DNA from: Lama glama
Lineage: Eukaryota
Assembly: GCA_028534125.1 (NCBI GenBank)
Contig: CM052817.1
Location: forward strand, 72,728,001 to 72,792,000
Direction of reading: 5' to 3'
DNA length: 64,000 bases
The notes under the pieces are model-generated. The model was given only the letters and a program-made list of their open reading frames with translations. It did not search any database and was not told the origin of the DNA. This document shows positions 12,990 to 24,280 of this stretch, in pieces; within the stretch, counting starts at the first letter, position 1; every line of letters starts with the position of its first letter. Both the position numbers and the translations under genes were made by a program.

Positions 12990-13264
12990 CAACTGACATG
13001 GGGTTGTGAACATTTAAGCCTAAAGCTTCTGGAAGTTATATTGCTATGATGAGAAAACAGTCTGCCTGAAAATGGAGCCAATAAAAAGGAAATGTAAAAA
13101 TACAGAAAGACTGGGAATGATGACATTGTTTGAGTCCCTGGACTCAGTGAAGCTTGAAACTAGCACTATACCTCTCTTTCCAATTATGTCAGTCAGTAAG
13201 TCTCATTTTTGCTACTTGGAATTCAGCTTCCAATCACTTGAAACTGAAATAATCCTAACAGATA
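12990..13264 (+). mobile_element. Old MaLR LTR 3' part (MLT1H-J-like)
   Basis: gatgacattgtttgagtccctggactcag...aatcacttgaaactgaaataatcctaacagata resembles an MLT1 3' terminus. Confidence 0.6.
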
Positions 13265-15664
13265 AAATCACTAAATTGGCATTTGCCACATGCCAGTTTT
13301 CAGTCCAGTTTGTCTCTTTTTTTCTTTTCCCCTCAGGTAAAAGTCACTACTATCTTCTTCCTCTTCCATCAGTTTGGGTTCAAACATATTTGGATACAAT
13401 TAGGCAGTCCCAACAGAAATATATTTATATAAAAGGCTTAGAGACCTCTAAAGGAAAAACAAATCTATCCAAAAGGAAAGAAAATAGGCATAAGCATGGT
13501 CAAGAAACAGAACTTTATAGAGTTATAAGGAAGGAGTAATTCTGGATAATTAACTAGACTGTTTGAGGAGCTCATGGAGGACACCATTTGGGGATTTTCA
13601 GCAGTAGCCAATGGTGGAAGATTTGCTGGTGACTATGGTCAAAATTATTAGGCAGGAAAAGGAACTAGCGAAACACAGATGATCATTACTAAAAATGACC
13701 TCCTTTTGGACTCCAACCTAAGACACTGGAGGAATCCTGGTTTATTTCATTCTACTACTGGCTTACTACGAGCCTGCTGCACCACGATGGTGGTCTAATT
13801 TGTATCTCTTGGCATCCTCAGAACCTGACATTAGTTTGCACATAATAGGTTTATAAATATTTTTAGAAAGATATTCATGTAAAGGGAAAAGGCATTAGAT
13901 TGAAAATGAAAAGATAAAAATTCTATTCCCAAGTTCACCAAATACACCTTTATGACTCTAGCTAAGCCGTTCAGGAACGCTGTAACCTGTCAATTCCAAA
14001 GTTTCTGAACACTCCATACCTACTTTTTAGGAACTCTGCTCACCCTAACTTCTGTCAGTAAGTAATAATGACAGAAACTTTCTACAGGAACTACATTACT
14101 CAGTCTTAACTGCTCAAATTCTATAGCAGCAGTATCACATTATGTTCCAGAGCCTAAAAGATAGAAAAATATTTCCTTATAATTAAAATAACACTGGATT
14201 ATGAGCATATCTTCTTTTTGTCCTGAGTACCAAGAGACATGCAGAAGAGTGAGCAGAAAGGTAAACAAAATCTTTCTCTTATGAGCATAAAAGAAATGAC
14301 AGTAGAATATAGAATGAGTAAGTACTAAGAAAAGGACACTAAGATGAATCAAGCTTTCTCTGGATCACCTCATATGAAGCATATACAATTCTTTTTTGAA
14401 AGATAATTTACGTAAAACCGCATTACACGTACAACCACTTTCCATGACAGTTCTGGTGACATACAGAAACACATTTGAATTCGATTCTGTAAAGCATGTA
14501 ATTTAAACATTGGCACAATGCTCTAAGTGGGACCATAAAATCTGTGCTGTAGGGTCCAATGTATAGGTGAAATCCCATTATAATGAAATTCTTTCAATTA
14601 ATTAGGTAATTTTATCCCAAACCATGCTATGGTTACTATATTTTAAGTGCTGTTATCCAGTGAAGTGCTGTTTCTCACTCTTTTTTTGTTATTTTCATTG
14701 TAAATAAATTCAAGAGCACTGCAATCACATATGAATCAGTACATTTTAATGCCTTATTTAAAAATCCATGTTTAAAGTAATGTTGCTTTGTTACTGCCAC
14801 TGTAAAAATTTTGAAAACTATGTAAGTGGTCACATCTTTTAACAAGAAATGCATGGTTCATACATACATTAAATATTTTAAAGACATACAAACTAAACTG
14901 AACTAAACTAAACTGAATGTGAATCCTGTGGGCTAAGCGTATGGGTTCCCAGTCAAAATAGATGCCACCCTACATAATGCCTGGTGTCTATGCCAGAATT
15001 CTTTATTATGCTATTATTAGAGCTCTTAATAGTCAAAGACATCTTCATCTGAAGCCTTCTTCTAGAAAACATATCCTATTTAATAAATTAGGTATAAAGC
15101 TCTTTTAAACTGCTTTGGACTTTATTTATCTAAAGTAAATTTTGCATAAAAATCTATATCAGAAGTATTTCACCCAGGCGAAGATATATGGAAATCAAAC
15201 GGTCTTTCTCTTATTTTATTTCTTCATATTTCCCCCTGCCCTTCCTAGATATAATAACCTATTTCTGAGGTAATATATATAATTCTGTGACAAATCCACT
15301 TCAGCCTTGGTAATGCCCTTCGTTTTGACTTCAAAACATTCACTGGCTCTCATGGATTTGTACTATTTAACACCCAGATAAAGGTAAGCCGCCTTTTTTA
15401 ATAAGGATGGATTACATTTTCTTGTTACATGCTCTTATTCAATTGGATTTTTTCAATTTAAGCACATCTATTCTAGGAGAAAAATGTAATGTTCAGTCTG
15501 AGAATAATTGTAGTTATTAGAAAAGTAAATATGATGAAACACAAAGTAACATAAACTGAAATTATCTGATTAAATTACTATAAAAGACTAGTATTTCCAT
15601 GGAAAAAGAGGAAAAACAAAGTAGTTACGTGCTCTATATTTTATTTCTCCTTTTTCTGTTATAG

Positions 15665-15796
15665 GACAATGTTATAACTTGCACCTTCTCATAATCAGAT
15701 ATGTATGGAAGATGTGGGGATATTTTAATTAGAAATGGAAGTTTGGGGCACGTACAATGAAAGAGATACTACGGCATTGTATGTTGAGAGATTGAG
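15665..15796 (+). other. Candidate spliced exon (non-coding or 5'UTR), 132 nt
   Basis: Polypyrimidine acceptor ttttatttctcctttttctgttatag| and consensus donor GAG|gtgagt. All three frames contain a stop. Motif evidence only. Confidence 0.35.
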
Positions 15797-16189
15797 GTGA
15801 GTCCTAGACTAACACGTCTTAACTTCTTTTACTTTATGGATGTTCTTTTTGAATACCAATTCTAGATTAAGCCTCTAGGTTTTCAGATGTACTAGTCCTT
15901 ATATTTAGATAACATGACTAAGTCCATTAAAACTTACTTTAATTGTGTAGTGCTCACATAAATGCAAATAAAAAACACTTTACTGAGACCTATTCTGCTC
16001 AGTTTGAAACCATTAAAAATGCAATCCCGTATCACTGATAAATATTTTAAATTGCTTACTTAAATTACTTAAACACTTAAATACTGTAAGTCTGGGAAAA
16101 CCATAATAATGAAATTGGCTATGGTGTTTTCAAGATCTACATGATACACATAGTACCAATCATCTTCCCTAAGTTTTCCATAAACCTTG

Positions 16190-16345
16190 CAAGTATCCTG
16201 CAGGATAGGTTTGCTGACCCTTCTTCCAAGTGAGGAAACTAAGACTCAGAGATGTGATGTGTCTTAACTTCTAACTGCTCAACTAACTAGTTCAAGTAGT
16301 ACTTGAACCTGGTGAACCCAATTTTAAAGTGTAGGATCAGTCCAG
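16190..16345 (-). mobile_element. MIR SINE fragment
   Basis: MIR core caagtgaggaaactaagactcagaga. Confidence 0.6.
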
Positions 16346-16683
16346 TGCACCATTTAGCCTCTCTCATTCCTGGTCCCCAGTTCGGATGAATCCCAGCATT
16401 ATCCCTGCTCAGCACCTAGCATGGAGCCTGACATCCAGCAAGTGCTTAGTAAATGCTCAAAGGATGAATGAATGGATACAAAAATAAACAAAATGTTAGG
16501 CTTGGTAGAATACAGAATATGACCTACAAATTTGAAATGTACTATCAGTTTCTTAAAGCCAGCATGCAAAATCATGAAAGTATATACTAATGGTACAAAT
16601 TTTATTAAAATCACATTTACAGCAGCATATTTCTATTTGAAGAATTGATCTGTTACCCACATTTTAAAGTAAAACCATATGTG

Positions 16684-16721
<38 letters not shown>

Positions 16722-16949
16722 TGAGAAATTGGGCTGGGCATAGTGATGTCTTCCATTGTTTTCACTCAAATTCAAACTTAATTATGACTTATTTTATGGA
16801 ACAGTCCCCTTTTGCTGTGTCAGAATTAAAACCGTATATTACACCTTCATTCTTTTTTCAGAGATGGCAATGTTTAAATCTGATATTTGGGTTTTAAATC
16901 ATGCTTTCTGACCAAAATTCCTTTGGAGAGCAGAATGCAATATTCAGTA

Positions 16950-17300
16950 CTTCCAGGCATGCTGTTGTTGGACAGATCCCACAGCAGTGAACCTGAAAGA
17001 TTGGCAGGGTAAAAAAGTAAGAGTCCAGAAGAGACAAAGTCAAGATGCCAAGATAGAAGGAGAGGGGAGAGAGAGATTTGTATTTGTCTTACCACCTCAT
17101 GACAGCCATGTAGAATGACATAATCCTGTTTTGAATAACTTTTGTTAAGATAATAAGAATATTGTGTTTGTCTTCTTTTAAAAATTTCACAACAGTGCAC
17201 TGAAAAAAGAAGTGGAGACCCTCCTGCTTCATTTCCTGCCTTCATAGAATGTTGTGTTACTAAAATATTTTTATTACAGCAGAACCCGAAGCAATATAAA
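16950..17300 (+). mobile_element. Old MaLR LTR fragment (MLT1J/K-like)
   Basis: Ends with an MLT-like 3' terminus, tttttattacagcagaacccgaagcaatata. Highly degenerate. Confidence 0.4.
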
Positions 17301-19114
17301 ATGTTTGCTTGAGGATTTATTTGAGTCCCTTTAAGCTGAACTTCTGTAATGCAATCTATTTACAGACATTCCACAGTGCCCTATGGTTACTAGCTTATGC
17401 AAATGAAGTGTGACCCTGGGAATAAACCTCTTGCCCCCTCATCATCCTCCCTGGCTTCAAAGGTCTCTAGGCAATCACTTTTTTAAGTGAAGAGATTTTT
17501 AAGCTGAATTGAAATAGAAAGAGAGGGAACATAACTTGATGCCCAATACTCATACAACCCAACCATTTACTATCCACTATTTTCCCATAAATATTTAGAC
17601 ACTAATTTATAAATCCATTTGGGATAAATGTGTTAGTGTGTAATGATTTTTTTTCAGCCTCTTCTTTTATTTTGAATCGTTGAAACTAGAGACCAATGCC
17701 AATCAATAGTCATTTACTCTAACTTCATTTCTTACTTCTCAAACTAAGGGTCACTAGATTAGGACAGAATTGGTTTAGTGATAATAAAATCTTCTCTGCT
17801 GATTATATTATCACTGAAAATATATTTGTGCTGAGCACCAGAATAATCAAAGTAATCAGAAAGAGTTATATAATCCCATAAGGACAATAACTAGGTGTAT
17901 GTTTAATATATTATTTGAATATACTAGTATTACGATTGAAATATATTGGTATTTATAATTGATTAAGAAAAAATGGATCCAATTTTTAGAGAAGGGTAAT
18001 GAAACTTGATAATTGATTTCATTTTTGGATGTATTAGTGGGAAAGAGCTGTCCAAAATTTTCAAATGACAATCATCATAACAAACTATATAATTTTAAGG
18101 GGCTCCTTCCTACTGGACAATACGATGAGAAAAAAAAAAACAGTTATTTTTGTAGGATGAATCATTCAAAGCCCAGATAGCCAGTAGATTCAAATGCATT
18201 CTTGGAGGCCCCAGGGTTCTCAAGGTCAAAGTATCATTTCAAAACATTGTCAAAATTTAGAAATAATCCAGGATAACTCTGAGACTTGTAGGCTAAAAAG
18301 TCTCCTCTGCAATCTTTCAAGGGATGGCAAACCACAGATGACTAACTTTTTAACCTGGCCAAATAGCATAATAAAGTTAGAGTGCTAGAAAACATTGGTA
18401 AATATATATATATATATATATTTGTTTTAATTCCCTACTTAAGTCTGCTGAATCTTTACCATTTTTAGTGAAATACAGAGCTTTATTAAAATTAAAGAAA
18501 ATGTTATTTAAATTCTGTTATTTATGTTCTGCTTTATGTAAAAATCATCAAATTTATGCCATGAGATTTTCTTTTAGGTGGCTTATGTTGAATAGTCAGT
18601 ATGTTGCATAGGTGACTACTTAGGCCTTGAAATGCATGGGGCTCTGCAAAACACTTGCTTTCAAGGGGGTCCAGAACCTCAAGACCATGGCCATCTGCCT
18701 AAAAAACCTGAACAGGCTCAAAATGGAGCTAACAGTCCTGAATGTTTGGCCAGCAACAAATGACAGGGAAAGATAGGGAACTAATAAATAACGTCCCCCA
18801 AAATAGATGCCAGAAATAGGTGCTAACTCAATAGGCCACAGTGAAGAATGACTCAAAATCGTCTGTTGTACTTGTAAATACTTACTGAGATTGAAGAGGA
18901 ACATACATGAGGCCAGAAAAAAGGAGAATGATACAAAAGAACAAAGAATCAGTAAGAAGAAATCGTAGCACAGCAAGCCAAGATCATAGCTAAAATCCTC
19001 AAATTTTAATGCTAGAGACACTAAGAACTCAATTTAAAAAACAATCAGAGAACTTCCACCCATAGAAAGTAGGAAATTCAGCACAAACATGAAATAATTA
19101 AAGAAAACACTCCT

Positions 19115-19270
19115 GGGGGGAGGGTATAGCTCAGTGGTAGAGTGCATGACTAGCAAGCATGAGAGGTCCTGGGTTCGATCCTCAGTACCTCCATTAAAAT
19201 AATAAATAAATAAACAAACGAACAAATCTAATTGACTCCCTCCCCTCAGGAAAAAAAAAAGAAAGAAAGA
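19115..19270 (+). mobile_element. Full-length tRNA-derived SINE (camelid Vic-1-like)
   Basis: A-box tagctcagtgg, B-box gggttcgatcc, A-rich tail, and 13-bp TSD aaagaaaacactc (19100-19112, 19271-19283). Confidence 0.9.
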
Positions 19271-19964
19271 AAAGAAAACACTCTTAAAAAAGCATATATG
19301 TGTGTATGTACATATATATGTTATACAACAACTTAGCATTTATACAGACCAAAGATTCCTTTTGGAAGCATACTTGCCTGACGAGTTTTTAAACTTCAAG
19401 AACTAAGAAACATTGGAGAATAATCTCAACTGTGGACACTGGTCCTCAGACTGAGAAGGGGACGGGAGGATGCTCAAAGATAAACAGCTACTCTTACAAG
19501 TGCAGCAAAGACAGTAAAGAACAGAATAAAAAGTGGCAATGTCCTTTGGAAAGGTGATAGAAAGTCCAAGTTCAAATTCCATGGAATGGTCATGGTCTCT
19601 AACTTTTTTAAGGTCCTGGCCACTGTCACAGAAGACACATCTCACTTCTCACAGTTTCAGAAATTCCTGCTTTGACCCACACTTAGAAGTAAAGTAGCAA
19701 GACAGGATCCCTAGCAGCAAAACTCTGGAATATTTCGGCCTTACCAGTTCTGCATACGCTCATTACCACCACTTTAATTATTCACCAAAGAATAATAGCC
19801 CAGGTTGTTTCTCCTCAGTGGGTTAAAAGACTCAAAGAATAAAGGTAGAAGAAAAGCTCCAAAAAGTCACAGAAATGTATCAATGCCAATGACCAGAAAA
19901 TAATGACAGTAAACAGAGGAGTGTATTAGAGAAAAGGATTTCTCTCTTTTGACCAAATCCTGTA

Positions 19965-20027
19965 GGGAGGGAGGGGGAGAGAGAGAGAGAGAGACAGTGT
20001 GTTTGTGTGTGTGCGCGCGTGCGCACA
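19965..20027. repeat. Compound (GA)n-(GT)n-(GC)n microsatellite
   Basis: Direct read: gagagagaga...gtgtgtgtgtgcgcgcgtgcgcac. Confidence 0.9.
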
Positions 20028-20845
20028 TAACAAGGCACCTGAGGTCCTGGGAGATGAAAAACAGCTTGTGCTTTTTGACTACATTAGTGAAAGATGCTTC
20101 ATTCCTTCATAAGCAGAGCTGTTATTAAAAAAACGGTAGGTCATTTTCACAGGAAGTCCTGGACCATGATGGCTCCAACCATGTCTTACAGGAATAAAGA
20201 GCAATGAATCCCTAAGGAAAGGGAAGTCTAGGATGTTAGCTCAGGGTTAAACAAGGACAGAAGGCGTTCCCAGGGCTAGGATGTTGGATACAACGTGTGA
20301 TGTAGGAAGCTTTTCAGACTTGGTCACCCTGGCCCAGTGTCTGTGCTACAGAGACTGGTAACTAAGCATACATGCATGGGGCCCACTCTTGCAGAGTGAG
20401 TAGGCTTTCAGCAAAGTGCACGCAACTCTGATCCTGAAACCATTTGGACAAGAGAAGCAAAGGTATTAGTGAGCTGAATAAACTTTCCTGTTCCCTCTGT
20501 GACGAGTTCTAGAGGTAAAACTAGCCTCCTCTTTTGCCTCACGGACTTTAAGGGCTTCTTGGGCAATTAAGGACATGATATACTAACAAGGCAGGTAAGC
20601 ACTAGAGCAATGAGAATATGTTCTGGGTTTGCGGAGCAGGGCATACTTTATCGTCTCTCTCCTGGACTTTTATCATATTCATCAGAGTTGCACCTTCATT
20701 CTCACATCTTTCTGTTTTCAAGATTGTTGTATTGTTTGAAGTATCTTGATTTAACTGTGCTCTTTTGATTCTCTTTACACATACTCATATACCTACTTTC
20801 TAATGAGAAACTACTGGTTCAAAGTTTCATTAACAATTATCTTAC

Positions 20846-20904
20846 CTGTTCACTATAGTGTCTATTTTCAACTGATAAATTATGCTGTACTTCATTTGGG
20901 TACA
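20846..20904 (-). other. Candidate second exon (59 nt) of the CpG-island transcript
   Basis: Minus strand: acceptor ttgtgttttgcgttttggaattcag| and strong donor CAG|gtaaga, ~400 nt downstream of the exon-1 donor. Confidence 0.35.
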
Positions 20905-21239
20905 CTGAATTCCAAAACGCAAAACACAATTCCCATTTCCAACCGATAATCTCTGAAAATCTTGTTAAACCTCTCCACAAAAGTTTACTTTAGCTTGAAA
21001 CCAATTGCATTTTGAGGAGATACTGAAACACAACAGAGACCCTATTGGGTTGAGCTATCGACTCTTCTGGGACAAACATCTTTTAAAAATTAACTTCAGA
21101 AAGTTTGTTTTTTGTTTCTTTGTTTTAACTGAACCTGCACGTCTCACTGAGCCCCACGAAGAGATGACACTCAGACTTACAGAGAAGGCACAGGACATGC
21201 GAGGCAATAAGTCGTGGAGACTGCAGAATTCCCCGACGT

Positions 21240-21472
21240 CTCCTGAAGGACTTTCATTTCAGCCTTGGCGAAAGCCAGAGTCTGAGGCCGAAGCGCTACA
21301 GACCCTCACCCGCCGGCAGCCCCGCGCCACCATGTTGCTCGCGGTGTAAAGGGCCGCCGCCGCCACGGAGCCAGACGGCCCCAGTTATGCGCAAGCGCAT
21401 GCTCTGCGCTGCAGCCCACGCGCAGGCGCCACGCACGGCGGCGGAGGGGGCTCAAAGGCAGCGCAGTAGCGA
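21240..21472. promoter_or_regulatory. Small CpG island / probable promoter with NRF1-like motifs
   Basis: Only CpG-dense stretch in the window. NRF1-like sites tgcgcaagcgca (21388-21399), agcgcatgctct (21394-21405) and cgcgcaggcgcc (21419-21430). Not recognisable as a repeat. Confidence 0.8.
21310..21390 (-). other. Candidate first exon of an unidentified minus-strand gene or lncRNA (5' boundary approximate)
   Basis: Minus strand reads ...GCAACATGGTGGCGCGGGGCTGCCGGCGG|gtgagg. ATG at 21333-21331 is in a strong context (A at -3, G at +4) and gives MVARGCRR before a phase-0 donor at 21309. Confidence 0.5.
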
Positions 21473-21589
21473 ATCTATTTTTTATATGAAGACATTGAAT
21501 TGTACTTTTTTTTTTTTGAGGAAAAAAAGAATTTGCAAGTACTTTTATATACATCTACTTTAATTTCATTATTACATTTTTCAACTGCT

Positions 21590-21990
21590 TTAGTCATCTC
21601 AGGCTAAGTCATGCTACAGTAATAAATGATCTCAAGTTTTGTGGATTAAACAATAAAAGTTTATTTCTTGCTCACATTTATGCTTATCACGGATGAGCTG
21701 TGACTCTGATCAATATCTTCTTCATTTCATGTACAAGTCTGAATAAGCGGCCCTATGTGGACCTCTTATGGCAAAGAGGAAAGAAATCAGAATGGGCTCT
21801 TAAAACTTCAGCATGGAAGTAGCATGTGTCACTTGCGCCCTTACTTATTTCATTGTAACTTATTTTGCTGGTCAAAATAAGTAACCTGGCCAAGTTGACA
21901 TAGTCAAGACCCCTAGTAGAAAGGTGCCAAATAAATAAGAGTCCTTTAGAGAGAAATACCAAATATTTTGACAATCATATCATTTACCAT
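21590..21990 (-). mobile_element. Old MaLR LTR (MLT1J/K-like)
   Basis: ttagtcatctcaggctaagtcatgctacagtaataaat...aataaaagtttatttcttgctcaca is typical of an antisense MLT1. Confidence 0.65.
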
Positions 21991-23479
21991 AAATTTCTTC
22001 TTTGTCTGCCACTCAATTATCAGTATTTAAACAGGAATACAATAGAAGAAAAACTGTTTGAATTTTGTAGACTCTAGAATAAGAAAATGTAAAGATTAGA
22101 AGTCTACAATCAAGATGTTTTTCAATCCCAAGCTTCTTTAATTTTATAGTAACACCATAGCATCTTTTTTTTAATTAATAATTTGAAGCTGTGCCTATTA
22201 CGTTCTTTAGAAAATGCATTGGATTCTTTGGGAAAAAACACCATCAATGTCATGGTTATTACTCACAAGGTTATAACATTTAATGTAATTCTTTCTAAAT
22301 AAAAAACACAGTTTAGTAAATAATTTTTATCTTAAAAAATAAATAATATAATCTGCACTACTTTTTATGCTTAGCTTTTACTAATTTTTATCTGTTTTTA
22401 ATCCTTACTTCTTCCCACTCATTTGTTTTGTTACACAAAAGTGTATAGCAAAAGCAAGTTCATATATATATACATTTATATAGAAAAGAGAGAGTAAGAG
22501 AGATTGAGAGAGAGAGAGAGAGACACAATTTAATTTATACGTGTCCTCCAAGAAAGACTATCTAAACTGTTCCAACAGATTCTAGAGAAAGAAACGCCAC
22601 GATTTTATTTGTATAGCACAGTACTTTTCTATGATTAGAAATCACCATACTAGAACCTACCCACCAAAAAGACAATTTCTCAAAAACTTACCTAGAATAA
22701 AAATTTATAACACCTATACAGGTCTAAATGACCCATTGTGGGAGTTATTTTGGTTGTTCTAAAAACATTTGAGTATATGATTATTAGATATTACAACTAA
22801 ATGTTGCATATTTAGGCTTTTGCAAAATATATACCATTATAAATAATTTTTAACATTAAGTAATTTACATAGAAAAAGAGGAATATAGAAAGTAAACCAT
22901 TCACAACTCAAGAAACATAATTTACTTGAAGCAGTTCTCCTCAAAAACAGAGAATATTAACCATGTTACATTCAAAAAGCCCAAAATATTTTAAATATAT
23001 TTTATTTATCTTTCCAGTTCTAGTGGCAATCCTCAAAGCAAATTTCCATTAATTACATATGTTGATAAACATATACATTATAATTAATCTATAAAAATTT
23101 ACTATTTCTAAGTAACAGAGCATGTTTTAGGAACTTAATAAAATAATATCCTAAAATAATATCCTCAGTCCTCCTACATCTCTCTGTAAATTCCAACCTC
23201 TCAATCAATCAATAAAAGACCTCAAAGGGTCAGAGTTTCTCAATGCCCAAACCACAGGATTACCTCTGATTTAACACAAGGCTCAGTTAAATGCAACTTA
23301 CATAGATCTCTTCTTTATTAGGGCATAACCAAAAGGAATGTTTTAATGTTGATATAAGAGCAACAAGTGAGAATAAAACAACCCTTATACCTTTCTCAAT
23401 CAACAAACAAATCAACCAACAAAAATGAGGTTAGAGAATTATGTGTGATCTAATAGTCTGCATTCTGTGACAATGATCA

Positions 23480-24280
23480 TTATTACCCAACAATTACTGA
23501 GCATTGTTATGGGCTCAGTAATGCAGTAGTTGCGGATAATACAATGACAAGCAGAGGAGGAGAAATTAAGGGGAAACTTCCCAAAGAAGTCTGAATTTCA
23601 GAGAACAAATTTGAGAGACTAGATATGATTTTACCAGATGAACAATGGGGGCTAACAAGAGAGGAGGGATGTGCAGAAAGAGAGAGAAGGCATTTCAGGT
23701 AGAAGAAATATCATAGACAAAGCACAGAGGTCCAAAACAACATAGTAAATTCTTGAAACTGCAATTAGTATAACACAGATAGATGCATTTTGCTAGGGCA
23801 CCGGCTGTGGGAGGTGGAGCTGTCAAAGGGCATGAGAAGGGTTTACTTCATGGAGGGCCTCATGTGACTCGCCAAGGTTTTTAGATTATCTTGTGGGCAA
23901 TGGAACATCACTGAAAGGTCTTAATGAAAAAAGTCACATATTAAATTAGTATTTTGGAAAAATAATTTTGGTCAGGGTATGGAGGATGCATTGGAGGAGA
24001 GTGGGCTGCAGGAAAAGTATCAGGAGACTATTTTGAAAATCCAGGGGAGAAATTTTTTTAAAGGTTCCAACAACAGCAGGAGTAGTGAGTATAAATAGAA
24101 GCGAGCCTGAAACAATACTTGGTAAAACAGACAGGGCTCAGGTACTTACTGAATACAGAGGTTTGACAGAAAAGTCAAGCCTGACTTGGAGAAATGAAAG
24201 TCTGGGAGGATAGGGGAGAAAGCCGGTGAGTTTAGTTTGGAAGCTGTTACTCCTGAGGGGCCAACTATACATCCAAACAT
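23480..24280 (-). mobile_element. L2 LINE fragment
   Basis: acaattactgagca..., ggcatttcaggtagaagaaatatcatagacaaagcacagagg, gggcaatggaacatcactgaaagg. Confidence 0.7.

Noticed and set aside
13072..13539. Longest ORF in the track (155 aa)
   Set aside because: Starts inside an MLT LTR relic, runs through a polypyrimidine tract, and has no recognisable domain. Consistent with chance.
14412..14486. Possible 75-nt minus-strand exon with an open frame (NRIQMCFCMSPELSWKVVVRVMRFY)
   Set aside because: Weak donor (TAC|gtaaat), short pyrimidine tract, and unrecognised peptide.
19115..19195. tRNA-like sequence with A and B boxes
   Set aside because: Followed by an A-rich tail and flanked by a TSD, so it is a SINE and not a tRNA gene.
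20647..20792. Further minus-strand exon that would extend the MVARGCRR frame to a stop
   Set aside because: The implied intron (20793-20845) is only 53 nt, below the usual mammalian minimum, and the acceptor is purine-rich.
21005..21554. ORFs 21005-21349 (+) and 21306-21554 (-) over the CpG island
   Set aside because: GC-rich islands are stop-poor, the peptides are unrecognisable, and their starts lie in AT-rich flanks.
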